A DNA stretch of 64,000 nt from Shigella phage Sf21. Within the stretch, counting starts at the first letter, position 1; the number at the start of each line of letters is the position of its first letter. Of this stretch, positions 63,249 to 64,000 are shown one piece after another. Made by a program: the position numbers and the translations under genes. The stretch lies in sequence record MF327007. The stretch is one strand, 5' to 3'. Below the pieces are notes generated by a model that was not told where the DNA came from, searched no databases, and worked only from the letters and a program-made list of their open reading frames with translations.

Positions 63249-64000
63249 ATGACTTTATTATCTCCGGGCATTGAGCTCAAAGAAACTACGGTTCAAAGCA
63301 CCGTGGTTAATAACTCTACTGGTACAGCAGCTTTGGCCGGTAAATTCCAGTGGGGTCCTGCTTTTCAGATTAAACAGGTTACAAACGAAGTAGATTTAGT
63401 TAATACTTTTGGTCAACCTACAGCTGAAACTGCTGACTATTTTATGTCTGCAATGAATTTCTTACAATATGGAAATGATTTGCGAGTTGTGCGCGCTGTC
63501 GATAGAGATACCGCTAAAAACTCATCTCCGATTGCTGGTAATATTGAATACACAATTTCTACCCCAGGTAGTAACTACGCGGTTGGAGATAAAATCACGG
63601 TCAAATATGTTTCAGAAGATGTTGAAACAGAAGGTAAAATTACCGAAGTAGATGCTGATGGAAAAATTAAGAAAATTAATATTCCTACTGCAAAAATTAT
63701 TGCTAAAGCTAAAGAAGTTGGCGAATACCCAACATTAGGTTCTAACTGGACTGCAGAAATTTCTTCATCTTCTTCCGGTTTAGCTGCAGTAATAACTCTT
63801 GGAAAAATTATTACTGATTCCGGTATTTTATTAGCTGAAATCGAGAGCGCTGAAACTGCTATGACAGCAGTTGATTTTCAGGCAAATCTTGAAAAATATG
63901 GAATTCCAGGAGTAGTAGCTCTCTATCCAGGCGAATTAGGCGATAAAATTGAAATTGAAATCGTATCTAAAGCTGACTATGCGAAAGGCGCTTCTGCATT
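63249..64000 (+). CDS. 18: Tail sheath protein gp18, N-terminal part; continues beyond window end
   Basis: MTLLSPGIELKETTVQSTVVNNSTG...; TATAAATA late promoter at 63213-63220; no stop before window end. Confidence 0.9.
   Translation, partial: MTLLSPGIELKETTVQSTVVNNSTGTAALAGKFQWGPAFQIKQVTNEVDLVNTFGQPTAETADYFMSAMNFLQYGNDLRVVRAVDRDTAKNSSPIAGNIEYTISTPGSNYAVGDKITVKYVSEDVETEGKITEVDADGKIKKINIPTAKIIAKAKEVGEYPTLGSNWTAEISSSSSGLAAVITLGKIITDSGILLAEIESAETAMTAVDFQANLEKYGIPGVVALYPGELGDKIEIEIVSKADYAKGASA

Overview
This window is a T4-like (T-even, Tequatrovirus-type) myophage genome segment, AT-rich and densely packed. Positions 1-42355 carry early/middle genes on the minus strand in the order 46 (partial), 47, a-gt, 55, nrdG, nrdD, 49, nrdC, a long run of small accessory ORFs, rI, tk, regB, a GrcA-like gene, denV, e (lysozyme), nudE, an 11-gene tRNA array, internal-protein genes, 57B, 57A, 1, 3, 2, 4. 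From 42403 the plus strand carries the late baseplate/tail/packaging block 53, 5, 5.1, 5.4, 6, 7, 8, 9, 10, 11, 12, wac, 13, 14, 15, 16, 17 and the start of 18. Gene names are assigned from protein motifs, product sizes and synteny recalled from T4; no database search was possible. Main observations: (1) a perfect 286-bp tandem duplication inside baseplate gene 53 that frameshifts it; (2) a tRNA array with 11 genes including His, Asn and Tyr, which I do not recall in T4; (3) several divergent internal-protein genes sharing only the capsid-targeting N-terminus, one flanked by near-identical terminator repeats; (4) a chimeric GrcA-like gene whose 3' half has host-like GC content; (5) a 13-bp perfect inverted repeat over an early promoter; (6) an ATPase/nucleotidyltransferase-like gene pair and a run of four coiled-coil-tailed proteins of unknown function. 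No CRISPR array, integrase, transposase or homing endonuclease was recognised. I found no single clearly novel multi-gene system; the accessory candidates are hypotheses only.
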